The notes below the pieces were generated by a model, which did not search any database, had not been told where the DNA came from, and saw nothing but the letters and a program-made list of their open reading frames with translations. DNA of 64,000 bases from Eledone cirrhosa (taxonomy: Eukaryota). Within the stretch, counting starts at the first letter, position 1, and every line of letters starts with the position of its first letter. Positions 1-13,628 of the stretch are shown here, in pieces. The position numbers were made by a program, and so were the translations under genes. Where the stretch lies: contig OZ024742.1 of NCBI GenBank assembly GCA_964016885.1, forward strand, positions 146,072,001 through 146,136,000, in the 5' to 3' direction.

Positions 1-222
1 ATAAGTGTGTGAGACTGTTTGTATGTGTGTATGTGATTGTGTATGTGTGTGAGTATTTGTGTGTGTATGTGAATGTGTGTGTGTATGAGTGTGTGTGTAT
101 GTGTGATTGTGTGCGTGTGTGTGTGTGTGAGTGTGTGTGTGTGTGTGTGTGCATGTGTGTGTGTGTATGAGTGTGTGACTCTTTGTGTATATGTGTCTCA
201 GTGTGTGTGTGTGTGTGTGTGT
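1..222. repeat. Imperfect (GT)n microsatellite
   Basis: Direct reading of (TG)n with interspersed A. Confidence 0.95.
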
Positions 223-1109
223 GACTAGCTATGACAACTTCAATCAATACAATGTTATGGTTATGAAACATTAAAATGAATTTTTCTTATAAACTTGTTT
301 GTTTTCTGGTCAGGCTGTGTAGCTTTTGTTCTATGATCTCACAATCCAAAATTAACTTCTTATGGAATTCTTAGGGCCAACATAAATCCATATGTGGTTC
401 TTGATTTATTACGACACAGCTAAAATTGAAATCAATGGCAACCTCATTGCCTTCTTTATAACCTTGGAGTAACTTCAATTCATATTGTGTGTGAGACTGC
501 ATTTTTATAAAATGCTGACATTTGATTGGTTCATCTATAGATGGAGGGACATTAAAAACAGTAAATGTAGAAGCTGACACACATTTAATTTATTATGTTA
601 CTCAATTTTCATTAATTATCTGTTTAGCTAATTGGCAGATTCATTAAGATGTCAGATTGAATACCTAGACATTTATTTCAGCTCTCTCTGCTCTGAGTTT
701 AAATTTCACTGAGATCATCTTTGCCTTTCATCCTTTCAGAGTTGATAAATAAAGAACCCGTCCAGGGGCAATGGATTGGCAGAGTTGTTAAAGAATTGCA
801 CTGGATACTTTGCAGTATACATTATCATTCTGTTTGTTCTCTGTTCAAATCCTGCTTTTTGTTGTCAGGAATTATGACTGACAGAAAGTATAAACAATGG
901 AAAGACCAATGGAAACATAGTTTCTTTAGCCAAATCTGATGATAAACTCTTTTCCTTTCTTTCTGTTTTGCATTATTTTTCATCTTGAAATGTTCAATTG
1001 ATAAAATCCTGATATATTCAGGAACCAAATATTGTTGTACATTATTATCATCACCAGCATTATCATCCAGAGCACATAGAGCACATACTTTGTCAATTCA
1101 CTTAATTTA

Positions 1110-1478
1110 TTTGTTTTATTCTTATACTGGTTTCAGTCACTAGATAGCAGCCATGTTGGAGCCCTAACTTAAAGAGAATTAAGTAGATTATATCGACCCC
1201 AGTACTTATCTTGATACTTGATACTTATTTTATCAATCTTTTTTTTTTCTTTTTCTCAAACTGGTAAGTTATGAGACATAAACACAGAAACAGACACAAA
1301 TATGAACACACACACACACATATGTATAACAGACTCCTGCAGTTTCTGTCTGCCAAATTCCACTCACAAAACATTAATCAACCCAAGGCTATGGTTGCTC
1401 AAGGTGTAACACAATGGGACTGAATCCAGAACCCTGTGGCTGTGAAGCAAACTCCTAACCACACAACCATGACTGCTT
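1110..1478 (-). mobile_element. Decayed tRNA-derived SINE, family B (internal (CA)n/(GT)n)
   Basis: The reverse strand reads a tRNA-like head (gcagtcatggttgtgtggttaggagtttgcttcac...ggattcagtccca), then a body with a microsatellite. Similar copies lie at 4085-4745, 34800-34930, 46900-47060, 47670-47815 and 62800-62995. Confidence 0.6.
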
Positions 1479-2904
1479 CTATATATTGCAGTAAAGAAAT
1501 GATTGAGATAGTTAAACTATATTTCATATTTCCATAGCACACAATTTGCATATTGAACAATTGTTTTATTGTCAGTCATTGAACAGTCTTATGTATTCAC
1601 AGCATTCAACATGATTATTGTACAGATGAGGGTTTGTTTTTTTATAATATGATGGTTATATTAAACATTGAAATCAATGAAATAGAGTAATAAGTTCTTG
1701 TTTACAAACCTTAGGATATTTTTAGCTTTGATGATTGATTTTTCTCTGATACAGTAAATAGAGTATTGTTTGCATAGTTATAAAGCTAGCTATATCAATG
1801 GTAGAAAGAGAATTTCTAGAATAAATGCATAAAGAATGGAAGGAAATATTAGAAATTTTCTATAGTAATTAGCTGTTTTTGCAAGAAATTAACTATATCC
1901 TTTTATATATAAGATGCACTTTTTTACCCCAAAACTTGCTTATTCACTGAAAAAAATGTTAAATAATATCATCATCATCATTTTATGTTCATTTTCCAAG
2001 CCATTCTGAGAGGGAAGATTAAGTCAGTTTCAAAATGAAAATTTAATTGGAACTCTTGCATATTATTTAAGATAGCAGGAAAAAAAACAACAACATTGGA
2101 GCCCTTTCAATAATGTGGGATCCCAGGATATATCCCAGTCAGCAACCACACTTAATCTGCCACTGGCCTTTCTCATACATTTCATAATTTGGTATGTTTT
2201 CTATGACTAGATGCCCTTTCAAATGCCAGCCATTTTACAGAGTGTACTGAATGCATTTTATCATGGCATCACCACTATCACTTTATAAAGTGTACTGTGA
2301 TTTTTTTTCCTCAAACCCTTTTTCTTCAAAATAAAGGTGTGTAACATAAATTGAAAACTATGGTAATTTATAATTGGCTAAAATATTGTTTTCTTTTCAA
2401 TAGTTAAAGTATATTCTTAGTATCCAGTTTAGAATAGGTACATCATAACTTTGTGTGTTGTAAGAGGAAACTTAGAGGGGCTCACAGAAAGGCATTTGAC
2501 TGTAAACTATTGCCTCAAAAAGGTCTCCATAATGACTATAAAATATGTCATGGGCGTCTCCATGCATTTACCATGCTTCAGGAAGGTAAATGGCCTTTAA
2601 AAACTTGTTACAGTGCTGTTTCAATAGTTACATTCTGATCACAGAAGGACTATTGAAATTATTTTATCACCTTTCAAGATGATCAAATGCCACTTCTTCA
2701 AATATTTTGTTGGAACAGCCAAAAACTGAAAAATTAGAAAATATCTTCTTCAAAATTATTATAAATGCTGGACCTTGTAATTTTTTATGTTCTAATAGTG
2801 TACAACACTACTAAATAAATATTACAAAGACTGGGTTTCCTTTTCATCACCTGAAAATACTGACAAATCTCAAAAGTTGTTCACTTGGGAACATATTTCA
2901 AACA

Positions 2905-3244
2905 GTGTTGCAGTTGCTTCTGCTGTTACTGTTACTGTTACTGCTACAGCTATTGCTGTTGCTGTTGCTGTTGTTTCTGCTGTTACATCTATTACTGTTG
3001 TTGTTGCTGCTATTTTTGTTGTTACTGTTATTGTTGCTGTTGTTGATATAATTGCTACTACTTTTGCAGTTATTATTGTTGCTGTTGCTGCTACTGCTAT
3101 TGTTGTTGTTGTGATTGCTATTGTGACTATTGCTGTCGTTGCTAATTTTGTTGTTGTTGCTGCTGCTGTTATTGTTGCTGTTGATGTTGTTGATATTACT
3201 GCTATTGCCTTTGCTGCTATTGCTGTTGTTGCAATTGCTGCAGC

Positions 3245-3278
<34 letters not shown>

Positions 3279-3420
3279 CCTGCTACAGCTGTTGCTGCTA
3301 TGCTGTTGCTATTACTGTTGCTATTGTTGTTGTTGCTGCTACTGTTGTTGCTGCTGCTGTTGTTGGTGTGTTGTTGTTGCTAATACTCTTACTACTAGTG
3401 TTGCTGCAGCTATTACTACT
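2905..3420. repeat. Degenerate (GTT/GCT)n trinucleotide tract
   Basis: Direct reading; it explains the poly-V/A and poly-L ORFs. Confidence 0.95.
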
Positions 3421-4140
3421 GCACACATAGAAACATCTTTATTATGTTAAAGATTCCTTCAACAATATACTATAGCCGCTGGCACTGACACATAGACATG
3501 CTATGTCTACTCCTTGACAGTTTTATAACTACTACTACATCCTTTGCTCCACTAAGCTAACTCACTGTACACCACCTACGCCTAATTTCATTTTCATGCC
3601 TCTATCTAAATTCATTCTAAATTATCCATCTCCCATTACCATGCCATCACCACTACCACCACCACTATCACCAACACAACATCATTATTGTCATTTCTAA
3701 CCTCCTCCTTCTCCTCCTCCTCCTCCCCCTACTCATCATAATCATCATCATCATCCTCATTATCACCACCACCAACACCACCACCAACATCATCATCAAC
3801 ATCCCTAAAATGTTTAACCCTCACATTCACAACACCATAGTATACAGTTTTCCAATCTTTCCTCCCAAGAACTGCCACCCCCTTGAATTTCCAGTCTGTT
3901 CTGACATCAACCTACAGAACTTCACACTGAATGTTAACCTCATTTATCTCACCAGTAAGTGATGGTGTATGTAGTTCAAAGCTGCTGCCCCTCCTTTTCT
4001 CACTAATCAATATTTTTTTGAATATTGGAATCAAGGTCAAAAGATTCAGAAAACTTAAATATTTTCACTTCATTCACTCTTTTATTTTTATTCTTTTATT
4101 GGTTGCAGCCATTAGACTGTGACTATGCTGGAGCACTGTT

Positions 4141-4380
4141 TTAACTCTTTCATGACCACATTTATAATGAAATACACTCTGTTTTAACAAATTAATGAAG
4201 TATTTTGAGGGGTTGACTAAAATAATTAATCATTTCATTATTAAAATAGTAACTTAATGTAAGGTTCTTATATAAAATTATGTTGGAAGACTTTAATTTA
4301 AATTGGAAACCTTTAAAATGGGTGGTTTTATTTCATAGAGCCAGAGCCAGTTTTTGCCAGGTTGGTAACTAAAGGGTTAA
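4141..4380. mobile_element. TTAA-flanked non-autonomous DNA transposon (piggyBac-like MITE) nested in a SINE
   Basis: Termini ttaactcttt...aaagggttaa. It splits the SINE at 4085-4745. Related copies lie at about 39529-39690, 48506-48964, 49672-49915 and 53050-53305. Confidence 0.6.
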
Positions 4381-6224
4381 AGACGATCATATCAACTCTA
4401 TTATTTATTTTTTCAAGCCTTATACTTATCTTATCAGTCGCATTTTGCTGAATTGTCAAACTGATATGTTATGGGATATAAACTCAAACACGGACACAAA
4501 TGTAAACAAAGACACAGGACATACACATACACACAAACATACACACATAACACACATTCACAAACACACACATATATATGTATACAACAAACTTCTACAG
4601 GTTCCATCTACCAGGTTTCACTCACAAGGAAATGGTCACTCTGCGGTTATAGTAAAATACACTTGCCAAAGTTGTCTCACATTCTAACTGAACCGAAAAC
4701 CATGTAATTACAAAGGAAACTCCTTAACTGCACAGCCATGCCTGCATTTGCCACAATTCCTAAAATAATCAAGTAAATTGAGGTGGAATGGTTGTTGCAG
4801 TGAGTGTTGCTGGCCATACTCCATGGCAATACCTTTTTCCACAGCTGAAACACTGTTCAGACTGGGGTGTAGAGCCTGTCACCCCCTCCTTTCTTTCATT
4901 GCTTAATTCCCTTTTTTTTCTTACTCTTTTTTTCTTTTCCTTTTCTTTTTTTTTGTTTCCTTATTGCCATGTATATTGAATAGTATGTATTGCAACAAAT
5001 TCTATATTTAAAACTAAAAAAAAATAAATTGATTAAATTACCCTTGGAGACAGAAAGAGTTGGACAAAGATGCCTGCTGGAATCAAACCACACATCTGCT
5101 ATATGCCAGACTGTTGTGAAAGATTAGCACTTTGGCTAATCTTTCACCAGTTAAATAGAAGTTTTAAGAGTTGACTAGAAATGTCAGTAAACAAAATAGT
5201 TTATGAAGAAATTTGGCATGTTTGAAAATAGGAAATTTATTTTTTTTAGTTGTGAAAAGCTGCCATAATTCATATATGAATATAAAATATTTGAATAAGT
5301 TGTCTAAATTACCTTTGGAGATGGACAAAGGTGTACAGAGATATCAAACCACACATTTGCCATATGTCTATAGGCTGTGATAGCTATTACATTCAACACC
5401 CTGACTAACTTATTTGGTTATTTGATGGTTAACATATGAATCGTGGCAACTTTTCACAACAAAAGCAAATAAATTTCAAATTCTCAACTTTGCAAAATTT
5501 CTTCATAAACTTATTGATTTACTTACAGTCAACTGTTAACACTTCTGTTTAGACAATGAAAGATTGGCCAGGACACTTTAATGTAATATCTACCACAGAT
5601 GTCTGGTATATGGCACGCCTGCCCAATTTCTTAATAATTTGTCAGTGTATATATATATATGTATATATCGAAACTAGAGTCATTTCTAGAGGTTGACTAA
5701 GAAGATGGGATTGTCTGTTTCTCCATTGTTTTTTCCATTGTATTTGTACTGTGCATCCTCATGTTTTGAATTCATATTCTAAAGACTTAGCCAGATTTTC
5801 CGCTATGAAAATATTTTTTTATTTTTTTCTTGTATTGTGAACATGCCAGCCATCTGAGTGCTAGTTAGAATACCTGACAACTGTTTCAAGATTCATAAAT
5901 CTCTCATCAGTGACACTCACCCACCAGCACTGAGATAGTTGGGACTTGTCCTCCCGTCTCCATCACTAAAAATTATCAGAGTGGTGTTGGCTGCTCCCTG
6001 CAGGTGCATCAAGCTCTACGATATGGGGTGGCTGTTCCAGCGAGTTGTCTACTTGTCGGCCAGGAGCAAGAGGTAAAAGGTAAGTTAAAATGTTCACAGC
6101 ACAAAAAAGAGAAAAATATATTTTCATACTGAAAGAAAATTAGACATACCCATGCGAGTAAGGAATGGTGGACATAAAATGATGATAATATATATTATTG
6201 TTGTTGGATCTCCATTATTTCTGA

Positions 6225-6525
6225 TGATGAGTGCCCCAGTCCATTCATTGAACAGTACTGCATGCTCATGAAATTAATGTGTATGTGGCTGAGCATTCTA
6301 CAGACAGGTGCATCCTAAATGTAGTAATCACAGAAATTCAGCATCACACAATATGTAACAAAACTAGCCTCATGAATTGCAGGTACAATTCATTTTTGCC
6401 AACTGAGTGGATTGAAGCAACATGAAATAAAGTGACTTGTTCAAAGTAACAACAAACTGCCCAGTTCAAGAATCAAAATCATGATCTTACAATTGTAATC
6501 CCAGCATCCACACCACTATGCCACA
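6225..6525 (-). mobile_element. Decayed tRNA-derived SINE, family C (V/CORE-like central domain)
   Basis: Reverse-complement homology to the 42878-43020 head (ttgagcaaaacactttatttcacattgctcc) and to the 47830-48210 body. Confidence 0.55.
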
Positions 6526-6839
6526 TATTTTCACTATATATATATTTGTTGCTTAAATCATGTTGCATAATGCTAAACATTAATGCTTTTTGCTGCCTTG
6601 CTTATGAATCTATCTCTCACATTTGGCTTTTTAAAAAAAACTTCTTTTCACTTTATGTCTGTTATTTACTGATTATCGCCTGCTTTCGACACATTTAATA
6701 TCTTTCCTGAAGAGATTTCTGATATGTGATTGTAATGTTTGTTGATTTAATTAATTAGTTAATTAAATCGAAATGGACAGAAATTAATAAATTGATTTGT
6801 ATATATGAATATATATTATATATATATTATATATGTATA

Positions 6840-7545
6840 TTAAATATATATATATATGTATGTAAAAGGTAAACAGAAATAACAAAAATAACAAAACAAA
6901 CAGCACAGTAGATGGAATAAATATATTAGTTTAACGCTTGAAATAGCAGGAAAGTTGGAGAGAAAAATTTGGGAGAAAAAAAATCACATGTGCGTATTCA
7001 GTCAGCCATCATGATATATATTTATATATAAAAATCATTATATATATAAATATATATAATACAATTCTGAGTTCAAATCCCGCCGAGGTTAACTTTGCCT
7101 TTCATCCTTACGGGGTCGATAAAATAAAGTAGCAGTAATACACTGGGTAATTGCTGGCCTTGTGCCTAACGTAGAAGCAATTATATATATAAATATATAT
7201 ATATGTATGTAAAAGGTAAACAGAAATAACAACACAATCGGTACAGTATATGGAAGGAATATATTAGGGTAATGCTTGATATAGCAGGAAGAGGGTCTTA
7301 ACGTTTCAGATGCTAGTCCTTTATCAGAAGAAAGAATGAGAAATAAGATAGATTGAGGGAACGGGCGAGTTGGAATTGGAAAAAATGTCTTTAGATAAAA
7401 ATAACAGATTCATTCATGTTGACATCTCTTGAAATGACAAGACAAATGCAGATATGCAAAACACAAAGTCTTATTAGCTTCACACTGAGGAAGCAGTAGA
7501 AGAGTGTTTGACGTTTAGGACATAAATCCTTCTTCAGAAAATAGA
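6840..7545 (-). mobile_element. Cluster of Penelope-like 3' ends with decayed hammerhead cores
   Basis: Direct duplication 6840-6955 / 7190-7290. Minus-strand motifs CTGATAA..GAAACGTT (about 7296-7328) and CTGAAGA-AGGA..TCC-TAAACGTC (about 7508-7538). Confidence 0.45.
7063..7182 (+). mobile_element. 5'-truncated SINE, family A
   Basis: Matches the 3' part of 48251-48441 (gagttcaaatcccgccgaggttaactttgcctttcatcc...). Confidence 0.85.
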
Positions 7546-7785
7546 ATGTTTGGAGAGAGAAGATGGAGTTTGGAAAAAAAATGTTCTAAGAATATTAGGG
7601 AGGGTAGATGTGTGTCCAGTGTGCAGGGATGGGTGCTGAGCTGGAGAGTCCAGGTGTTGTCATTGGTGTTGTTATGTGCAGATGGAGTGCATTTCGTAGG
7701 TCTGCCTTATTGCTTCTGTGTGTGTGTGTGTATGTGTGTGTGTATTGTTGATAGAAGTGTGTGTGTAGCTGTGAAATCTTTTGTA

Positions 7786-7819
<34 letters not shown>

Positions 7820-8304
7820 AGTATGTGTGCATATATACGTGTATGTCTGAGTTTTTTGTATTGTTTGTGTGTGCATGAGTGTGCATGTTTGTGTGTGCAT
7901 GTATACATGTGTTTGTCTTTGAATGTTTTTTTATGTGTGCATGTGTGTACACATACATATGTGTGAATGTATTTATGCATGAATTTTTTTATGTAGTTTG
8001 CGTGTGTGTGCACGTGCATGTGTGTATGTACATTTTTGTATGAGTATGTGTGTGTACAAGTTTATTTATGAGGGTGTATGTGTATATACATGTGTGTTTG
8101 TGACTTTTTTTGTATTGTTTGTGTGTGTGTAAGTGTGCATATTTGTGTGTGTGTGTGTGTCTGGAAATTCTTTGTTTTTTATGTGCATGTGTGTATATGT
8201 AATTGTATGTAATTGTATGTGTGTGTATGTGTATGGGTGTGTGTGTATGTGTGTGTATATGTATGCTCACACATACACACACGTGGACATATAGACATAT
8301 ACAT

Positions 8305-11300
8305 TTTAAAATCCCATTATTCGCTTATTACTGTTATATGCTTGTCCAATTGTGCCCAAAATTCGAAGATTTTATTTAAACCCTCTCGCTAACTACCCCA
8401 TACCCCTCCCACCCGCCAACACTCTCCACTATTATTATTTGGACCAATCATAATTCAGCGGCCTATGTTATCACTTCTCCTGGTTGCTTTTCGATATGAT
8501 GGATGGACTAAGGAATTCTGGAGAGTCTGAAAAATCTGGACACTCAGTGACAATGCCAAAGATAAAGACAAATTCACCTCATGCTGCCGGACGAAAAGGC
8601 AAGGACTCCTCCTCTTTGTTTCGGCCGCGGATGGCCAACATAACCCCAACCCCATCACCCTCACCCTCCCTGCGCCCCACCGTTCCCACCCACCAAACGC
8701 AATGCAAAACTTCAGAGTTGGTACCATGAATGTAGGCACCTTAAAAGGTCGCTCTAACGAGGTTGTAGAAATGCTTGAATGCAAGGAGGTTGATGTTTGC
8801 TGTATCCAAGAGACCAGGTGGAGGGGTGGGTCTGCAAGATTCATTGTGGGTAAAAAACGATGCTATAATGGGCTGGGTGGGGTAGGAATCAGGTTAGCAA
8901 AAAAATGGGTAGATAAGATAATAGATGTAAATAGAGTGAACGACAGAATAATTAAAATAAGACTTGTCCTAAATAGAACTACTGTGACAGTAATATCTGC
9001 GTATGCACCCCAATCCGGACTGTCTGGTGCTATAAAAGACAGATTCTATGAGACATTGATGCTCACTACCTCCCAAATAACCGACAGTGACTACATAATT
9101 ATTGCTGGCGACCTAAATGGTCATGTTGGACAACATTGTGACGGCTATGACGGAATCCATGGAGGCTATGGGTTTGGTACTAGAAATGAGGAAGGCTCCA
9201 GAATCCTGGAATTCTGTGACGCAAATAACCTAACTATCTGTAACACTAACTTCAAAAAACGAGACAATCACTTGATCACCTATAGATCAGGGGAACACGC
9301 CAGTCAGATAGATTATATCCTTACCAGGAGACGTGACAGAGTGTCTGTTGTAAACACTAAATCCCTCCCCCATGAAGAATGCACCTCCCAACATAGACTC
9401 ATAGTCAGCGACCTCATAGTCAGCGACCTCATAGTCAGGACAAGGCGTACTCGACAACAGATGAGGACTATCCTCAGGAGAAAAATATGGAAGCTAAAGG
9501 ACCCCACAGCCAGTAATAAATTTAAAAGCATATTACTTGATGCTTTCGACAGTAAGGAAGAGCAATTAGAGTTGTACAATATAGAGGAACAGTGGGAATT
9601 CCTGAAAGCTAACCTGCTGAAGGCGACAGATGAAGTCTGTGGATGGAGCAGGCCTATAGGCAGGAGGAGAGTAACATGGTGGTGGAACAGTAAGGTGGAG
9701 GAGTCAATTAAAGCCAAAAAGCAGGCTTGGAAAGTATGGCGGGATGGGGGAAGTAGAGAAGACTATCAAGTGGCCAGGAGGGAAGCTAGGAGACAAGTGT
9801 ACTTCACAAGAAGGGAAGCAGAGGAAAGAAAGTTCAAGCATGTTCTACAATGCGAGGACCAAAAATGTGAGGTGTTCAGGATTGCTAGGCAATGTGTCAA
9901 GGAAAACCGTGATATTGTCGGGGAGAAGTGTGTTCTTAATGATGATGGTGTACTTGTCATCACTGATGCTGATAAGAAGGTAGCCTGGAAGTGTCACTAC
10001 GAAAGGCTACTAAATGAGGAGAAAAAATGGGAGAAAGACAGTCTCCCCCACATCGATCCAATAGAGGGACCAGCAGTGCTAGTTGAAGGTAGTATAATAA
10101 GTAAGGCAATCAAAGATATGAAGACGGGTAAGGCGGCTGGGCCTTCGGAAATAGTTGCTGAAATGCTGAAAGCATCTGGAACTATGGTCACCCGGATAGT
10201 AAACTAAGTCATACAGAATGGGGCCATTCCGAAGGACTGGCGTAACAGCATCATCATTAACTGCTACAAGGGTAAAGGAGATGCCCTAGATAGGGGTAAC
10301 TATAGAGGCATTAAATTAATCGACCATGTCATGAAAGTCACAGAAAAAGTAATAGTGCAACTAATCAGAGAGCGAATTGATCTAGATGAAATGCAGTTCG
10401 GGTTTGTGTCAGGTAAAAGTACCACAGACGCTCTTTTCATTGTACGACAACTACAGGAGAAGTACCTAGCTAAAAGTAAACCCCTATACTTAGCTTTTGT
10501 TGACTTGGAGAAAGCCTTTGACAGAGTCCCCCGCTCCATTATCTGGTGGGCTCTTAGAAAACTAGGTGTTGATGAATGGCTTGTGAGAGTTATACAAACC
10601 ATGTATAAAGAAACAGTCAGCAAGGTTAGAATTAACAATGAATAAAGTGAAGAGTTTAGCGTAAAAGTTGGTGTTCATCAGGGCTCCGTTCTTAGCCCCT
10701 ACTATTTATTATTGCCCTTCAGGCTATAACAGAGGAGTTCAAGACCAGCTGCCCATGGGAACTTCTATATGCACATGATCTAACGCTCATAGCTGAATCA
10801 ATGGCTGAACTAAAGAAGAAATTCCAAACATCGAAGCATGGCCTAGAATCAAAAGGCCTTAAAGTTAACTTGTCTAAGACTAAAGTTCTAGTATGTAGGA
10901 AGGAAAATAGGGTACCGGTCCCATCTGGGAAATGGCCATGCTCAGTGTGTAGGAAAGGAGTAGGCAGAAACTCCATTTTATGTCCCAAATGCAAAGTATG
11001 GGTGCATAAAAGATGTAGTGGGATCACAGGTAAGCTAACTAAGAATATAGATTTTATATGTGGCCGGTGCTCTGGTGCAATAAGTAGCAGCAAGTGCCCA
11101 CAGAATACTAGCTCATTCCATTGCACAGATGGTTCTATAGAAATAGTGGACACCTTCCATTACCTGGGTGACAAAATCAGCAGTGGGGGAGGGTGCTCTG
11201 AAAGTACAGTAGCTAGAATCAGAACGGGATGGAAAAAGTTCAGAGAGCTTATACCACTATTGGCCACTAAAGGGTTCTCTCTAAAAATGAAAGGCAGGCT

Positions 11301-12100
11301 GTATGATGCCTGCATACGAACAGCAATGCTACATGGCAGTGAGACCTGGGCATTGTGTGCAGAGGATATACGCAGACTGGAGAGGAACGAAGCATGCATG
11401 CTCCGCTGGATGTGTAATAGTAATATACGTGGACGGCAAAGCATAAACGAACTAAGGGAGAAATTAGGAATAAGAGGGATCAGATGTTGTTTACTCAAGA
11501 GAAGACTACGTTGGTATGGTCACGTGATGCGCATGAAAGACGACAGCTGTATAAAAAAGTGCAGGGCAATAAAGATAGACGGTAGCCACGGAGTAGGCAG
11601 ACCCAGAAAAACCTGGGACGACTTGATAAATTCCGACCTCACACACTTACACCTCTCCAAGACAATGTCACTGGACTGATACCTTTGGCGGTACTCAGTA
11701 ATAGAGAAGACCCACCTTGCCTAAGTACAAAGCGAAACCTACAGTCAGTACAAAAATACACCCCTGTCCCACTACCTACACCCCATTCACACCACCCCCT
11801 TCAATGTGAAGTTATGTTGGTACCACAACATCCAGTCCGAAACAAATGAGGTCATGTAGGTGTCACGACAAAAAAACACTCAGTCCACGCTGTAATGTGG
11901 CCGTGTAGGTAACACGGTAAAAACCTCCCAGCCCCACACTGTAAATGTGGTTGGTGTTAGGAAGGGCATCCAGCCGTAGAAAACCCGCCAGACAGTCCTA
12001 TGCGAGCAAGACAATCACTCTTGCCTCAAGTGGGAAAACCCCCGTCCAAACCCATGCAAGCGTGAAACACGGACGTTAAACGTTGATGATGATGATGATG
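8305..12100 (+). mobile_element. Near full-length RTE-clade LINE (APE-RT-PHD), decayed
   Basis: APE motifs (GTMNVGTL, CIQETRW, SAYAPQ, GDLNGH, QIDY, SQHR), RT motifs (QFGF, FVDLEKAFD, GVHQGS), 3'UTR and (TGA)n tail at 12084-12100. Possible TSD atatacat (8297-8304/12101-12108). Confidence 0.93.
8702..11679 (+). pseudogene. RTE ORF2 pseudogene (endonuclease-reverse transcriptase)
   Basis: In-frame stops at 10205-10207 and 10643-10645, a 1-bp deletion near 10697, catalytic YADD changed to YAHD, and a 15-bp tandem duplication (LIVSD) near 9400-9435. Confidence 0.92.
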
Positions 12101-13628
12101 ATATACATATGCATGTGTGTACACATCAGTGAATTTTTGTTTGATATATATATACATATGCATGTGTGTACACATCAGTGAGTTGGTTTGTGTGAGTGAA
12201 TGGTGTTTCATAAAGATTGTAGTCTATCATGGCTGATATGGTAAAAGCTGGTTTATTTCAGGAAGTGGCTAGAGAAGGAAGTGGTGAGAGGAGAGGCTGC
12301 ATGTGGTGCACAAAGAACAGAAGAGGTATGGAGTGAAAGTAAGGTGTGTGTGTGTGGTGTAAGAGGGATTGGAATAGGAGCTGTGGTAGTAGTGTGTGGT
12401 GTGTATATGTATTGGTAGTAAAGTATAGAAGTAACCATGATTGAATAAATTGGTATATAAATTTCATTCTTTAGTATATAGACATGTAAATATGCCAAAT
12501 ATATATATTTCCCTGGGAAAAATAATAAACACCTTGAAGTAATTTTCAGACTATGTTTGATCCTACATCAAAACAACTACAAGGAAATATGTACATATAT
12601 ATGTGCATGTATGTGTATGTATGTGTGTCTGTATGTGTGTCTGTATGAATTTGTGTATGTGTGTGTGTATGTGTGTGTTTTTGTATGTATGTGTGCGTGT
12701 GTGTGTGTATGTGTGTGTATTTGTATGTATGTATGTGTGTGTGTGCGTGCATGTGAGTATGTCTGTATTTATATATATGTGTTTGGTACAAGACAATTAG
12801 TTAAAAAATCCCAGTGTTCTGTCAAAAACAATACTTAGTCATTTGATAAAACTAAATCAATAAAATATATATTGCAATACATACTGGCAGTTGATTCACT
12901 AAAATCCCTGAAGATCATACCATAGCTAGAACTAGTCCCTGGGTAATTAGTGCCTATAATGTGCAGTCTCTTCTCCCAGTAATGTGTTTCTTTCTTCTCC
13001 CAAATAAAATAGTTTGATATGCCGATAAATCTACTTTTTAATAATTCTTGCTCTGATAATGTTACAAAAATTACTAAGCCTGCATTTTCTACCACACTGT
13101 CCATACTCACCCATGTCAAATTACATGACAACTCACAACACCATGTGGTCTGCTTCACCACTTTGGCTATTTTCACAAAACTGCTACAGAGCAAAGGCTT
13201 TAGGAAAATCTTCTTCTTCTTCTTCTTCTTCTTTGTATAAAACAGTTCAGAAGTGTATGATTCAAAGCTCTATGTCCGTGGTCATGCAGGTCTTAATGGT
13301 ACCCTACCACCTCCACAAGTTTAGTCTAGCGATTAAACCCAGTAAAAGAATATGTTTCTTCAGTGAAAATTGGTGTTTTGTCTAAGAAATCAATCAATAT
13401 GTTATCTATAGATAATGTTAGTAGTGGAATCAACAAAACTGATCTTGTCAATATTTCTGAGAAGTTATTGATATAATTAAACTAGGTTATCTATTCTATA
13501 GCTAAATTGAGATTTACAAAACACAACATTGTTTCAATAGTAATCAAGTAAATAGATTAGATTCTGTAGATTGAGACTGTAGCAATTAAATAGATTAGAT
13601 TAATTACAGTGAACCTATATATATATAG

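Noticed and set aside
2877-3450. Hydrophobic poly-Val/Ala/Leu ORFs
   Set aside because: Artefact of the (GTT/GCT)n microsatellite.
9313-11498. Antisense ORFs over the RTE copies
   Set aside because: Shadow frames of ORF2 with no independent features.
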